Origin: Candidatus Methanomethylicia archaeon
GTDB taxonomy: Archaea > Thermoproteota > Methanomethylicia > Culexarchaeales > Culexarchaeaceae
DNA: 64,000 nucleotides
Reading direction: 5' to 3'
NCBI GenBank assembly: GCA_038727515.1
Contig: JAVYVS010000003.1
Span: forward strand, 32,001-96,000
The number at the start of each line of letters is the position of its first letter. Position 1 is the first letter of the stretch. A program made the position numbers and the translations under genes. Below the pieces are notes generated by a model that was not told the DNA's origin, made no database searches, and saw only the letters and a program-made list of their open reading frames with translations. Positions 29,000 through 38,497 of the stretch are shown one piece after another.

Positions 29000-29908
29000 G
29001 TGTTTACTAAACTGAAAAATGCTATAAAACAAGTAATTGAAATTGCTTCCACAAAAACATTATCTGAAGAAGATTTAGAACCAATACTTTTTGAATGGAA
29101 AATACAGTTATTAAGTTGTGATGTTGCATATCCCGTTGCGGAATACTTAGAAAGAAGAATATTTGATTCACTAAAGGGTACTAAAATTCCAAGGGGAGAG
29201 AAGATTGGTGAAAGAGTTAAAGAAGCAATAAAGAATGCAATAATTGATTTAATAAGGAATTCTGGAGAAATAAATTTGGAAAATGAAATATACAATAGGA
29301 GGAAAGAGGGAAAAATACCAGTAAAAATAGTATTTGTAGGCGTAAATGGTAGTGGAAAAACGACTACTATAGCAAAACTTGCATACATGTTTAAGGAAAA
29401 TGGTATACAATCCATACTGGCTTGTAGTGATACTTTTAGAGCTGGTGCTGAAGAACAATTATGGATTCATGCAAAAAATCTTGGGTTAAAAATGATTAAA
29501 CATAAATATGGTGCAGACCCAGCTGCAGTAGCATATGATGCTGTAAATCACGCTTCTGCACATAAAATACCAATAGTATTAATTGATACTGCAGGTAGAA
29601 TGCATACTGATAAAGACTTAATGGCAGAATTAAGAAAAATTGTAAAAGTAATAGATGCCGATTACACTATATTTATTGGAGATGCACTTGCAGGAAATGA
29701 TGCATTAACACAAGCTGAGAAGTTTAATGAATACGTAGGAATCAGTGGATCAATAATAACAAAAGTTGATGCAGATGTTAAAGGAGGAATAGCACTTTCA
29801 ATAATGTTTGCAACAAAGAAACCAATACTATACATGGGAACTGGACAAAAATACACAGATCTTATAAAATTTGATGAAAAATGGCTTCTACAAAAATTAA
29901 TAGAGTAA
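29000..29908 (+). CDS. ftsY: SRP receptor FtsY
   Basis: GVNGSGKTTTIAKL, DTFRAGA, DTAGR, TKVD, GTGQKY. Confidence 0.96.
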   Translation: MFTKLKNAIKQVIEIASTKTLSEEDLEPILFEWKIQLLSCDVAYPVAEYLERRIFDSLKGTKIPRGEKIGERVKEAIKNAIIDLIRNSGEINLENEIYNRRKEGKIPVKIVFVGVNGSGKTTTIAKLAYMFKENGIQSILACSDTFRAGAEEQLWIHAKNLGLKMIKHKYGADPAAVAYDAVNHASAHKIPIVLIDTAGRMHTDKDLMAELRKIVKVIDADYTIFIGDALAGNDALTQAEKFNEYVGISGSIITKVDADVKGGIALSIMFATKKPILYMGTGQKYTDLIKFDEKWLLQKLIE

Positions 29909-29951
29909 TAACACTAGTTTTATTAAATTACCTTTACTTATATGATTTACA

Positions 29952-30890
29952 GTGGTATACATGTCACTGAAAGGTAAAGATCTTCTCACACTTCAAGAAT
30001 TTACACCAGAAGAACTATGGAAGATGATGAAGCTGGCAGAGAAGCTAAAAGAGGAATATTATGCTGGTGAAAAAGTTAAACCACTATTAAAAGGTAAAAC
30101 GCTTGCAATGATATTCCAAAAACCATCAACTAGAACTAGGATATCTTTTGAAGTAGCAATGCAACAATTAGGTGGCAACTCTTTATATTTAAATTGGAAT
30201 GAATTGCAACTTGGAAGAGGAGAAACCGTCAGTGACACTGCAAAAGTTTTAAGTAGGTATGTTGATGGAATAATGGCGAGAGTATATAAGCATAAAGATC
30301 TAGAAGAAATGGCAAAAGCAGCAACGATACCAGTCATAAATGGTTTAAGCGACTTATACCATCCATGTCAAGCTCTTTCAGATATGTTCACTATATATGA
30401 GAAGAAGGGGTATCTAAAAGGTGTAAAATTGACATTTATTGGAGATGGAGCTAATAATGTTTGCAGCTCACTTATAATAGCCTCAACGAAACTTGGGGTA
30501 AATATTAGTATAGCATCACCAAAGGGTTACACTCCTAGAGAAGAAGTATTGAAATTTGCAGAAATAAATTCCGCTGAAAGTGGTTCTAAAGTTGAAATAT
30601 TCACATCTCCTGAGGAAGCTGTAAAAGATGCTGATTTCATATACACAGATGTATGGGTGAGTATGGGACAAGAGGAAGAAAGTGAAAGAAGGTTAAAGGT
30701 ATTCTTACCCTATCAAGTTAATTCAAAACTATTATCACAAGCACCAAAAGCATTAGTAATGCATTGTTTACCTGCTCACCGTGGATTTGAAATCACAGAT
30801 GAAGTTATAGATTCCGATAAATCCATTGTATGGGATCAAGCAGAAAATAGACTACATGTACAAAAAGCAATACTAGCATTAATCCTGTAA
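29952..30890 (+). CDS. argF: ornithine carbamoyltransferase
   Basis: STRTR, HPCQ, DVWVSMG, HCLP, QAENR. Confidence 0.96.
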   Translation: MVYMSLKGKDLLTLQEFTPEELWKMMKLAEKLKEEYYAGEKVKPLLKGKTLAMIFQKPSTRTRISFEVAMQQLGGNSLYLNWNELQLGRGETVSDTAKVLSRYVDGIMARVYKHKDLEEMAKAATIPVINGLSDLYHPCQALSDMFTIYEKKGYLKGVKLTFIGDGANNVCSSLIIASTKLGVNISIASPKGYTPREEVLKFAEINSAESGSKVEIFTSPEEAVKDADFIYTDVWVSMGQEEESERRLKVFLPYQVNSKLLSQAPKALVMHCLPAHRGFEITDEVIDSDKSIVWDQAENRLHVQKAILALIL

Positions 30891-30943
30891 AAAATAAATA
30901 GGTGAATTATCCATCATATAACTGGGTGTTTGGGGATAAACCA

Positions 30944-31114
30944 ATGAGTAGTTTCAGAGAATCAGTTAAGAGGATTTTAAGATTATCACGTAAACCAACT
31001 TGGGAAGAATACTTATTAACATTGAGAATATGTCTATTCGGATTATTATTGATAGGCATATATGGATTCATAATACAATTGATATCATTAGTATTACAAT
31101 CACTCCCAAGGTGA
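30944..31114 (+). CDS. secE: protein translocase SecE/Sec61 gamma
   Basis: RILRLSRKPTWEEY + one TM helix. Confidence 0.92.
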   Translation: MSSFRESVKRILRLSRKPTWEEYLLTLRICLFGLLLIGIYGFIIQLISLVLQSLPR

Positions 31115-31120
31115 TGTTAT

Positions 31121-31564
31121 TTGGCGCCCTATTACACCGTTAGAACAACTGCCGGCCAAGAGAGTAATGTAGCGTTGCTCATAGAGACAAGGGCTATTTC
31201 AAGTGATATTGGAGTTTTATCTATAATAGCACCGAGGAATATAAGTGGATTCATATTTATTGAAGTAACAGATGCAACAAAAATTGAAAAGGCAATAAGT
31301 GGAATAAAACATGTTAAGGGATGGGTTCCAGGAATCATAGACATAAGTGAAATAGAGAAATTCCTTATACCAAAATCATCTCTCGAAGGATTAAATATTG
31401 GAGACATTGTAGAAGTAGTGAGTGGACCATTTAGGGGTATGACTGGAAAACTTACAAAAATAAATGTTGAAAGAGGGGAGGTAACTATAGAATTACTTGA
31501 AGTAGCATATACATTACCAATAACTATAAGTGCGGATGCTATTAGAAAATCTACTAAGACATAA
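31121..31564 (+). CDS. spt5: transcription elongation factor Spt5
   Basis: RTTAGQE NGN domain; GDIVEVVSGPFRG KOW. Confidence 0.95.
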   Translation: MAPYYTVRTTAGQESNVALLIETRAISSDIGVLSIIAPRNISGFIFIEVTDATKIEKAISGIKHVKGWVPGIIDISEIEKFLIPKSSLEGLNIGDIVEVVSGPFRGMTGKLTKINVERGEVTIELLEVAYTLPITISADAIRKSTKT

Positions 31565-31640
31565 ACCTTTGAGAAAAATATAATAGAAAGAATATGAGAA
31601 AGACATTAGCGACATAATTTTATAGTAATGGGTGAAGTGA

Positions 31641-32135
31641 ATGAAAAGTAATAAGAAAAGTTTTACATTTCTAGTGGAGGGAGGGAAAGCTACTGGAGGG
31701 CCTCCAATAGGACCTTCTTTAGGCCCTCTTGGGGTAAATGTAATGCAAGTAGTTAATTTGATAAATGAAAAAACGAAGGAATTCTTAGGGATGAGAGTAC
31801 CAGTCACGGTAAATATTGATGTTGAAACAAAGGAATTCAATGTGGAAGTAGGTATACCAACAACAGCAGCATTAATACTTAGAGAATTAAAAGTTGAGAA
31901 GGGTTCTGGAAGCCCTCATGATAAAAAGATTGGAAATTTAACAATCCAACAAGCCGTGAAAATAGCTAAAATTAAGAGACCACAATTATTAGCAAAAACA
32001 CTTAAAGCTGCAGTAAAGGAAATTCTGGGTACTTGTGTTAGTATGGGTGTCACCGTGGAAGGTAAAGATCCAAGAATTGTACAACGTGAAATAGATGAAG
32101 GTAAATATGATGAAATACTAAGAGAGGAGAGTTAA
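31641..32135 (+). CDS. rpl11: 50S ribosomal protein L11
   Basis: [23 protein letters not shown]. Confidence 0.97.
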   Translation: MKSNKKSFTFLVEGGKATGGPPIGPSLGPLGVNVMQVVNLINEKTKEFLGMRVPVTVNIDVETKEFNVEVGIPTTAALILRELKVEKGSGSPHDKKIGNLTIQQAVKIAKIKRPQLLAKTLKAAVKEILGTCVSMGVTVEGKDPRIVQREIDEGKYDEILREES

Positions 32136-32783
32136 ATGTCATCCTTAGAAGATAATTTAAAAAGAGCCCTTGAAGAAGCAAAAAATACTTCTAAAAAGAG
32201 GAATTTTGTACAGTCAGTTGAACTCATAATAAATTTAAAAGATATAGACTTAAAGAGACCAGAAAATAGGATAAATGAAAAGGTTATACTTCCACATCCA
32301 GTAGGTAAACCTGTTAAAATATGCGTATTTGGAGATGGAGAATTTGCAGTAAGAGCGAAGGATATGGGAGTACAAACAATAATAAGCAGAGATATGTTAG
32401 ATAAAATAGCTTCAAATAAAAAGGAAATTAGAAAACTTGCAGAAACCCATGACATATTTATAGCAAGAGCAGATTATATGCCGATTATAGGTAGACAATT
32501 GGGATCTATACTTGGGCCAAGAAATAAAATGCCAGAACCAATACCACCCACAGGAGATTTATCTTCCATATTAAGTAAAGCTCAGAATACTATTTGGATT
32601 AGAATGAGAAATCAACCAGTAGTACAATGTATCATTGGAAAAGAAGATATGCCGACAGAAAGACTTCTGGAAAATGCATTAACTGTGATCTCAAGGATAA
32701 GGGAAAAGTTTAAGAGCTTAAAAAACATCGAATCCATATACGTAAAGACCACCATGGGTAAACCAGTGAAAGTTAATTTATGA
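32136..32783 (+). CDS. rpl1: 50S ribosomal protein L1
   Basis: RNFVQSVEL, LGPRNKMP, KTTMG. Confidence 0.97.
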   Translation: MSSLEDNLKRALEEAKNTSKKRNFVQSVELIINLKDIDLKRPENRINEKVILPHPVGKPVKICVFGDGEFAVRAKDMGVQTIISRDMLDKIASNKKEIRKLAETHDIFIARADYMPIIGRQLGSILGPRNKMPEPIPPTGDLSSILSKAQNTIWIRMRNQPVVQCIIGKEDMPTERLLENALTVISRIREKFKSLKNIESIYVKTTMGKPVKVNL

Positions 32784-32793
32784 GGTGATATAA

Positions 32794-33816
32794 ATGCTTA
32801 AAACATCTATAAAAAAGCAGCCTAAAAGTGTAAGGAAACAAAGAATCTTAGAAGAACTTATTCAATTAATACGTTCAAATGAGATTTTAGCTATAGCATC
32901 AATAAGGGGGTTAAGAACTCAACAATTACAAGAAATAAGAAAGATATTGAGAGAAAGAGGTATACATTTAAAGATAGCGAAAAACAGCCTATTTAAAAAA
33001 GCCCTTGAAAAGTGTGAAAAGAAATTAGAAAATATAGAAAAACTAGAAGCGCAATTAAGTGATCAAAATGCATTCATATTTCTGAATGAAAATCCATTTA
33101 CAATTATAACGTTACTAGAAAAGAATAAGGTATATACAGAAGCAAAAGCAGGGGATATAGCACAAAATGATATAATTGTACCTGCTGGAAATACAGGGAT
33201 GACCCCCGGCCCAATAATAAGCAAATTGAATGCACTTAAGATCCCAATAAAAATTGAAGAAGGATCGATATGGATAACAAAGGATACGGTGGTGGCAAAA
33301 ATTGGAGATGTAATAAGTCAAGACTTAGCAGATATACTAAAAAGATTAAACATAAAACCTATTGAGGTAAAACTGAAACTTAAATCAATATACTATAAAG
33401 GGAGGGTGCTAACCGGGGAAGAATTAAAGTTAAACATAGAAGAATACCGTACAAGTATAATTAATGCAGTAAGAAGTGCTTTTAAATTATCTATAGAGGC
33501 AGTTATACCTACACATGAAACTATGCAACTAATAATTATGAAAGCAACTAAAATAGCGAATAAAATTGCTGAAGAAACTGTAATACCAATCCCAGAGTTA
33601 ATGCCAAAAGCAATTGCATCTGCAAACACTAAAGCAATAATCTTAGCACAAAAACTTATGCAAATAAACCCTGATATTAAAATAGAAGGCATACAGAGTG
33701 CTACAGTTGCATCATCTACTGAGACGAAGACGAAAGAAGAAAAGAAGAAGGAAGAAAAGAAGAAGGAAGAAGAAGAGGAAGAAGTTGCAGAAGGATTAGC
33801 ATCACTCTTCGGATAA
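32794..33816 (+). CDS. rplP0: 50S ribosomal protein L10/P0
   Basis: KNSLF, GNTGMTPGP, acidic tail EGLASLFG. Confidence 0.96.
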   Translation: MLKTSIKKQPKSVRKQRILEELIQLIRSNEILAIASIRGLRTQQLQEIRKILRERGIHLKIAKNSLFKKALEKCEKKLENIEKLEAQLSDQNAFIFLNENPFTIITLLEKNKVYTEAKAGDIAQNDIIVPAGNTGMTPGPIISKLNALKIPIKIEEGSIWITKDTVVAKIGDVISQDLADILKRLNIKPIEVKLKLKSIYYKGRVLTGEELKLNIEEYRTSIINAVRSAFKLSIEAVIPTHETMQLIIMKATKIANKIAEETVIPIPELMPKAIASANTKAIILAQKLMQINPDIKIEGIQSATVASSTETKTKEEKKKEEKKKEEEEEEVAEGLASLFG

Positions 33817-33835
33817 ACAATCTTTAAATATACGT
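33700..33835 (+). repeat. 136-bp exact direct repeat, copy 1 (rplP0 3' end + 19 nt past stop)
   Basis: Identical base for base to 34077-34212. Confidence 0.95.
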
Positions 33836-33872
33836 TATTACAACTTTAATCACAAAATTGGAGGTGATTTTT

Positions 33873-34193
33873 ATAGAGTACATATATGCAAGCCTCCTAC
33901 TACATTACGCTAAGAAGCCAATTGAAGAAAGTAGATTAAGAAAGATTTTAGAAGCAGCTGGAATTGAAATTGATGAGATAAAGTTGAAAGCAGTAACAAC
34001 AGCAATAAAAGAGATAAATATAGATGAAGCTATAAGCGCAGCATCAATTGCAGCCCCAATGGTAGCGATGCCAGCGGCTACAGTTGCATCATCTACTGAG
34101 ACGAAGACGAAAGAAGAAAAGAAGAAGGAAGAAAAGAAGAAGGAAGAAGAAGAGGAAGAAGTTGCAGAAGGATTAGCATCACTCTTCGGATAA
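33873..34193 (+). CDS. rpl12: 50S ribosomal protein L12/P1, probable ATA start
   Basis: (M)EYIYASLLLH; GGAGGTGA SD 5 nt before ATA; EGLASLFG tail. Confidence 0.93.
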   Translation: MEYIYASLLLHYAKKPIEESRLRKILEAAGIEIDEIKLKAVTTAIKEINIDEAISAASIAAPMVAMPAATVASSTETKTKEEKKKEEKKKEEEEEEVAEGLASLFG

Positions 34194-34212
34194 ACAATCT
34201 TTAAATATACGT
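34077..34212 (+). repeat. 136-bp exact direct repeat, copy 2 (rpl12 3' end + 19 nt past stop)
   Basis: Identical to 33700-33835. Confidence 0.95.
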
Positions 34213-34295
34213 AGACTATAGTTTAATTTTGCTAAACTTTATATTATATAGCTCAAAATAGGCATTATCTGATATTAGGAGCGGTGGTAAAATAA

Positions 34296-36980
34296 ATGAT
34301 TAATGAAAAGGAGTATGAAACCTTATTTTTCACTCAAAATTCATTTCATAGGAAAATCTGTGCAAAATGTGGAAAAACATTTTGGACATTAAATCCACTA
34401 CGTGAAACATGTGGAGAGGCTCCCTGTGAACCATATGAATTTTTGATGAATCCTATAATGAAATATTATAGTTCAATAGATGAATTAAGAAATAACTTTC
34501 TACTATTCTTTAAGAGGAATGGGCATGAAATCATAAATCCCTACCCAGTTGTGGCTAGATGGAGGGATGATATATATTTAACAATAGCAAGCATAGCGGT
34601 TTTTCAACCATTTGTAACGAGTGGAGAATCAGATCCCCCTGCAAATCCATTGGTAATCTCACAACCATGTATAAGATTAGTTGACATAGATGAAGTGGGA
34701 AAAAGCATGAAACATTTAACAATATTTGAAATGGCTGCTCATCACGCCTTTAACTATCCAAATAAGGAAATTTATTGGAAAGATAAGACCGTTGAACTAT
34801 GCCATAATTTTATGACAGAAGTTATGGGGGTAGACCCTAAAGAGATAACGTATAAAGAAAGTTGGTGGGAGGGAGGGGGAAATGCAGGTCCATGCTTCGA
34901 AGTTTGTATAGGAGGTTTAGAGGTAGCTACACTGGTATTTATGATGTATAAAGTAGTTAATGGAGGATATAAACTAATGCCTCTTAAAATAGTTGACACT
35001 GGATATGGATTAGAAAGAATTTTGTGGGAATCCCAAGCTAAACCTACAATTTTCCATTCAATATATGACCCCATTTTAAACAAAATTCTTAATGAAGAAG
35101 AAATATATATTCAAGAAAAGAATTTAAGAGATCACGTATATAAGAGTTCAATTCATCCAGAGGAATTATTAGTAGATGACGATCTAAATAGGATTCAAAA
35201 TATCTTTGCATTGCTAGATTATACAAAATGTTTAACATTTATGTTAGCAGATGGACTTGTACCATCAAACTCCGGTGGAGGGTATCTAGCAAGACTACTC
35301 ATAAGAAGAATAATTAGGTTAATAAACCAAGTTAAAATAGACTTTTCATTAATAGATCTAATTAAGCTTCAAATAAACTATTGGGGGAAAGCATTTCCAC
35401 ATATACTAAAAATGGAGAGAGAAATCTATAATATACTCAAAGAGGAAGAGGAACGCTATGTAACTACTTTAAAACGTGGAGAGAGAATTATAAAGAATAT
35501 TATAGAGGAAACTATTAGAAGGGGAGATAGAATAATCCCAGTAGCAAAGCTCATAGAACTTTATGATTCCCATGGAATACCCCCAGAAATCACTAAAGAA
35601 ATAGCTGAAAGAGATAATGTGAAGGTGGAAATACCCAGTAACTTCTACTCAGAATTAATGAAGAGGCATTTAAATATAGAAAGGAAGCATGAAGAAGCAT
35701 TTCAAAAGATAAGCGTTGAAGAATATCCTCCCACAAGAAAGATATACTATGAAGATGCTTACAAATTTAGATTTGAAGCAGAAGTGCTTGGAGTAATAGA
35801 TAATTATGTAATATTGGATTCAACAGCATTCTATCCAGAGGGAGGGGGGCAGCCTTGCGATCATGGAGTAATATTATGGGAAGACAAAGAAGCTAAAGTT
35901 ATAGATGTACAAAAAATTGGAGAAGTTATTGTTCATAAAATTGATGGAGAGAAGCCACCAATTGGGAGAAGAGTTATGGGCATAGTGGATGTTGAGAGAA
36001 GATTATCACTTATGAGAAGTCATACAGCAACACATCTATTATTGGCTGCAGCAATAGATGTATTAGGTAAACATGTATGGCAAAGTGGCGCACAAAAAGA
36101 TGTATTCAAAAACCGCTTGGACATAACACATTATAAACCATTAACAATAGAAGAAATTAAAAAAATAGAAGAAAAAGTCAATACATATGTATTAAGTAAC
36201 ATTGATGTAAAGATTTATGAAATGCCGAGAGCAAAAGCTGAAGGTACTTATGGTATAAGGATTTATCAGGGTGGAGTAGTCCCTGGAAAAAATGTTAGAT
36301 TAGTTAATATTGGAGATATTAATGTTCAGGCATGCGGGGGATTACATGTTAATAAGACTGGAGAAATAGGACTTATAAAAATATTAAAGACCAGTAGAAT
36401 TCAGGATGGTGTAATAAGAATAGAATTTACATGTGGATTATCATCATTAAGGTATATACAAAATAAAGAGGAAATATTAATGGAAGCCGCTAAGATTTTA
36501 AATTCTCAAGAAGAAAATTTGATAAAGAATATTGGTAAAATCAAAGAAGAAATAGAAAAATACAAAATCGAAAATAAACAACTTTGGAGAAAATACTTAA
36601 CTAAACTAGTGAATGAAATAATCCAGCAACCAAAAATAACTTATAGTGATATAAAGGTATACATACCTGAATTTGATGAATTAACGCGGGAACAAATGAT
36701 AGAAATTGGAGGAGAAATATTAAAGAAGCATATGGAAGCAATAGTAATAGTTGTAAACAAAAAGGCGGAAGCAATTGAATATGTGGTTATGTTAAATGAT
36801 GAAATATCAAAAAGAGGATTTGACTCTTCAGCAATAGCTAAAATAATAGCTGAAAAACTTGAGGGTAAAAGTGGAGGAGAGAAAACTATAGCACAAGGAT
36901 TTGGCAGAAAAATAGACAATGAAATTTTCCAATCTATAATATGTGAAGTGAGAAATTACGTAATTAATAAATTGAAATGA
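34296..36980 (+). CDS. alaS: alanine--tRNA ligase (archaeal type)
   Basis: YPVVARWR, QPCIR, DTGYGLER, HTATH and CGGLH editing motifs. Confidence 0.97.
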   Translation: MINEKEYETLFFTQNSFHRKICAKCGKTFWTLNPLRETCGEAPCEPYEFLMNPIMKYYSSIDELRNNFLLFFKRNGHEIINPYPVVARWRDDIYLTIASIAVFQPFVTSGESDPPANPLVISQPCIRLVDIDEVGKSMKHLTIFEMAAHHAFNYPNKEIYWKDKTVELCHNFMTEVMGVDPKEITYKESWWEGGGNAGPCFEVCIGGLEVATLVFMMYKVVNGGYKLMPLKIVDTGYGLERILWESQAKPTIFHSIYDPILNKILNEEEIYIQEKNLRDHVYKSSIHPEELLVDDDLNRIQNIFALLDYTKCLTFMLADGLVPSNSGGGYLARLLIRRIIRLINQVKIDFSLIDLIKLQINYWGKAFPHILKMEREIYNILKEEEERYVTTLKRGERIIKNIIEETIRRGDRIIPVAKLIELYDSHGIPPEITKEIAERDNVKVEIPSNFYSELMKRHLNIERKHEEAFQKISVEEYPPTRKIYYEDAYKFRFEAEVLGVIDNYVILDSTAFYPEGGGQPCDHGVILWEDKEAKVIDVQKIGEVIVHKIDGEKPPIGRRVMGIVDVERRLSLMRSHTATHLLLAAAIDVLGKHVWQSGAQKDVFKNRLDITHYKPLTIEEIKKIEEKVNTYVLSNIDVKIYEMPRAKAEGTYGIRIYQGGVVPGKNVRLVNIGDINVQACGGLHVNKTGEIGLIKILKTSRIQDGVIRIEFTCGLSSLRYIQNKEEILMEAAKILNSQEENLIKNIGKIKEEIEKYKIENKQLWRKYLTKLVNEIIQQPKITYSDIKVYIPEFDELTREQMIEIGGEILKKHMEAIVIVVNKKAEAIEYVVMLNDEISKRGFDSSAIAKIIAEKLEGKSGGEKTIAQGFGRKIDNEIFQSIICEVRNYVINKLK

Positions 36981-37648
36981 TGAGTATAAATTTAGAAGCA
37001 TTAAGAGAAGCAGTAAAGGATATGAGATATCTATTGAATAGAGGATACAATCGAAAAACAGCTGCAGACTATATTGCTTCAAGATATAAATTGAGTAAAG
37101 AAGAGAGAGCAATAATCTTCAGAGCAGTGTACCCAGAGCAACAAGTTCAAAATATATTAAAAAAATTACTAAGTCCAAAGGACATAATTGGAGAGAGATT
37201 ATTAATAGATGGATTTAATAATATAATAACGTTAGAAAGCGCTCTAAAGGGACATATATTATTGATGTGTGACGATGGAGTTATACGTGATATATCCTAT
37301 ACATCCAGGAAATTTAAGTTTTCACTATACACGGAAGATTCGATAAAAATGATTTTTGAATTATTAAAGGTGTATAGACCAGCTGAAGTTATATTCTTAT
37401 TTGACCAGCAAATTAGCTTTAGTGGGGAATTAGCGTCTATTATTAGAGATATAATTGAAAAGGAAAATTTAGTTGGTTATGCAAAAACATCAAAAAGAAA
37501 TGATAAAGAAATTTTATCAATCGGTGAAATTATAGCCTCAAGCGACTCCATAATAATGGAAAAAGCTAGAAAAATATTTGATCTTGCAGGTTACATAATT
37601 AAATCTAAATTTAAAGATAAAATACTTGATATAACTTCATTTAAATAA
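36977..37648 (+). CDS. DUF434 domain protein (PIN-like)
   Basis: DMRYLLNRGY, IDGFN, DDGVIRD, ASSDS. Confidence 0.85.
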   Translation: MMSINLEALREAVKDMRYLLNRGYNRKTAADYIASRYKLSKEERAIIFRAVYPEQQVQNILKKLLSPKDIIGERLLIDGFNNIITLESALKGHILLMCDDGVIRDISYTSRKFKFSLYTEDSIKMIFELLKVYRPAEVIFLFDQQISFSGELASIIRDIIEKENLVGYAKTSKRNDKEILSIGEIIASSDSIIMEKARKIFDLAGYIIKSKFKDKILDITSFK

Positions 37649-37653
37649 TTTAA

Positions 37654-37728
37654 CGGGCCCGCCGGGATTTGAACCCGGGACTTCTGGCTCCGAAGGCCAG
37701 CGCTCTATCCAAACTGAGCTACGGGCCC
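37654..37728 (-). tRNA. tRNA-Arg(TCG)
   Basis: Reverse complement GGGCCCGTAGCTCAG...CTGGC-CT-TCG-GA-GCCAG...TTCAAAT. Confidence 0.95.
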
Positions 37729-37824
37729 GAAGATATATTGAACATGTCAACCATAAATTTATTCTCTCATCTTCAATGCGCAAAAAATATAAAAACAAAT
37801 TGTATTTTAGTAATGAAATCAAAA

Positions 37825-37902
37825 GCCCAGGTGGTGTAGCCCGGTCTAACATCCGAGCCTGTCGAGCTCGGGCCCCGGGTTCAAATCCCGGCCTGGGCGC
37901 CA
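37825..37902 (+). tRNA. tRNA-Asp(GTC), CCA encoded
   Basis: GCCCAGG/CCTGGGC, loop CT-GTC-GA, G73. Confidence 0.95.
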
Positions 37903-37977
37903 TTTAAAGTACATCTTATTATCGTAATTTTTTAATATTTATTATACATGAAAATTATAGGTAGTTTTTTGAATATA

Positions 37978-38052
37978 GGGCCCGTAGCTCAGCCAGGACA
38001 GAGCAGTGGGCTTTTAACCCATTGGTCGCGGGTTCAAATCCCGCCGGGCCCG
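37978..38052 (+). tRNA. tRNA-Lys(TTT)
   Basis: GGGCCCG/CGGGCCC, loop CT-TTT-AA. Confidence 0.95.
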
Positions 38053-38241
38053 TCAAACAAAAGTTTCTAATGAGATCCTAAGTTTAATTGTAAAATTCTA
38101 TTAACATTGAAGTTTTAAAGAAAAACTTTAATAATTGGTTTAATGGTGTTTTGATGAGAGTAATGAAAAGCGAAATATTTATTGGTAAGTATTTACGCTT
38201 AACTTTTTTGACTTAATCTTATATATAATTTGGTGATATGA

Positions 38242-38484
38242 ATGAGTAAGAAATTTTCAATTTTTGATCATGTTCTTGTACCACAACATATATTATTAAG
38301 CAAGAAGGAAGCTGAAGAAGTTTTAAAACAGCTTGGAGTTGAACCTCATCAATTACCATATATAAGGGTGAACGACCCTGCTGCAAGAGCCTTAGGTGCA
38401 AAGAGGGGAGATATAATAAAGATAATTAGGAAGAGTCCTACAGCAGGAATTTCAATTGCATATAGATATGTTGTTCCAGGTTAA
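38242..38484 (+). CDS. rpoH: RNA polymerase subunit H (Rpo5)
   Basis: [23 protein letters not shown]. Confidence 0.97.
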   Translation: MSKKFSIFDHVLVPQHILLSKKEAEEVLKQLGVEPHQLPYIRVNDPAARALGAKRGDIIKIIRKSPTAGISIAYRYVVPG

Positions 38485-38497
38485 TGGGTGGTGGAAT

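Noticed and set aside
37637-37903. 88-aa minus-strand ORF
   Set aside because: Reads through tRNA-Asp (antisense) and tRNA-Arg; spurious
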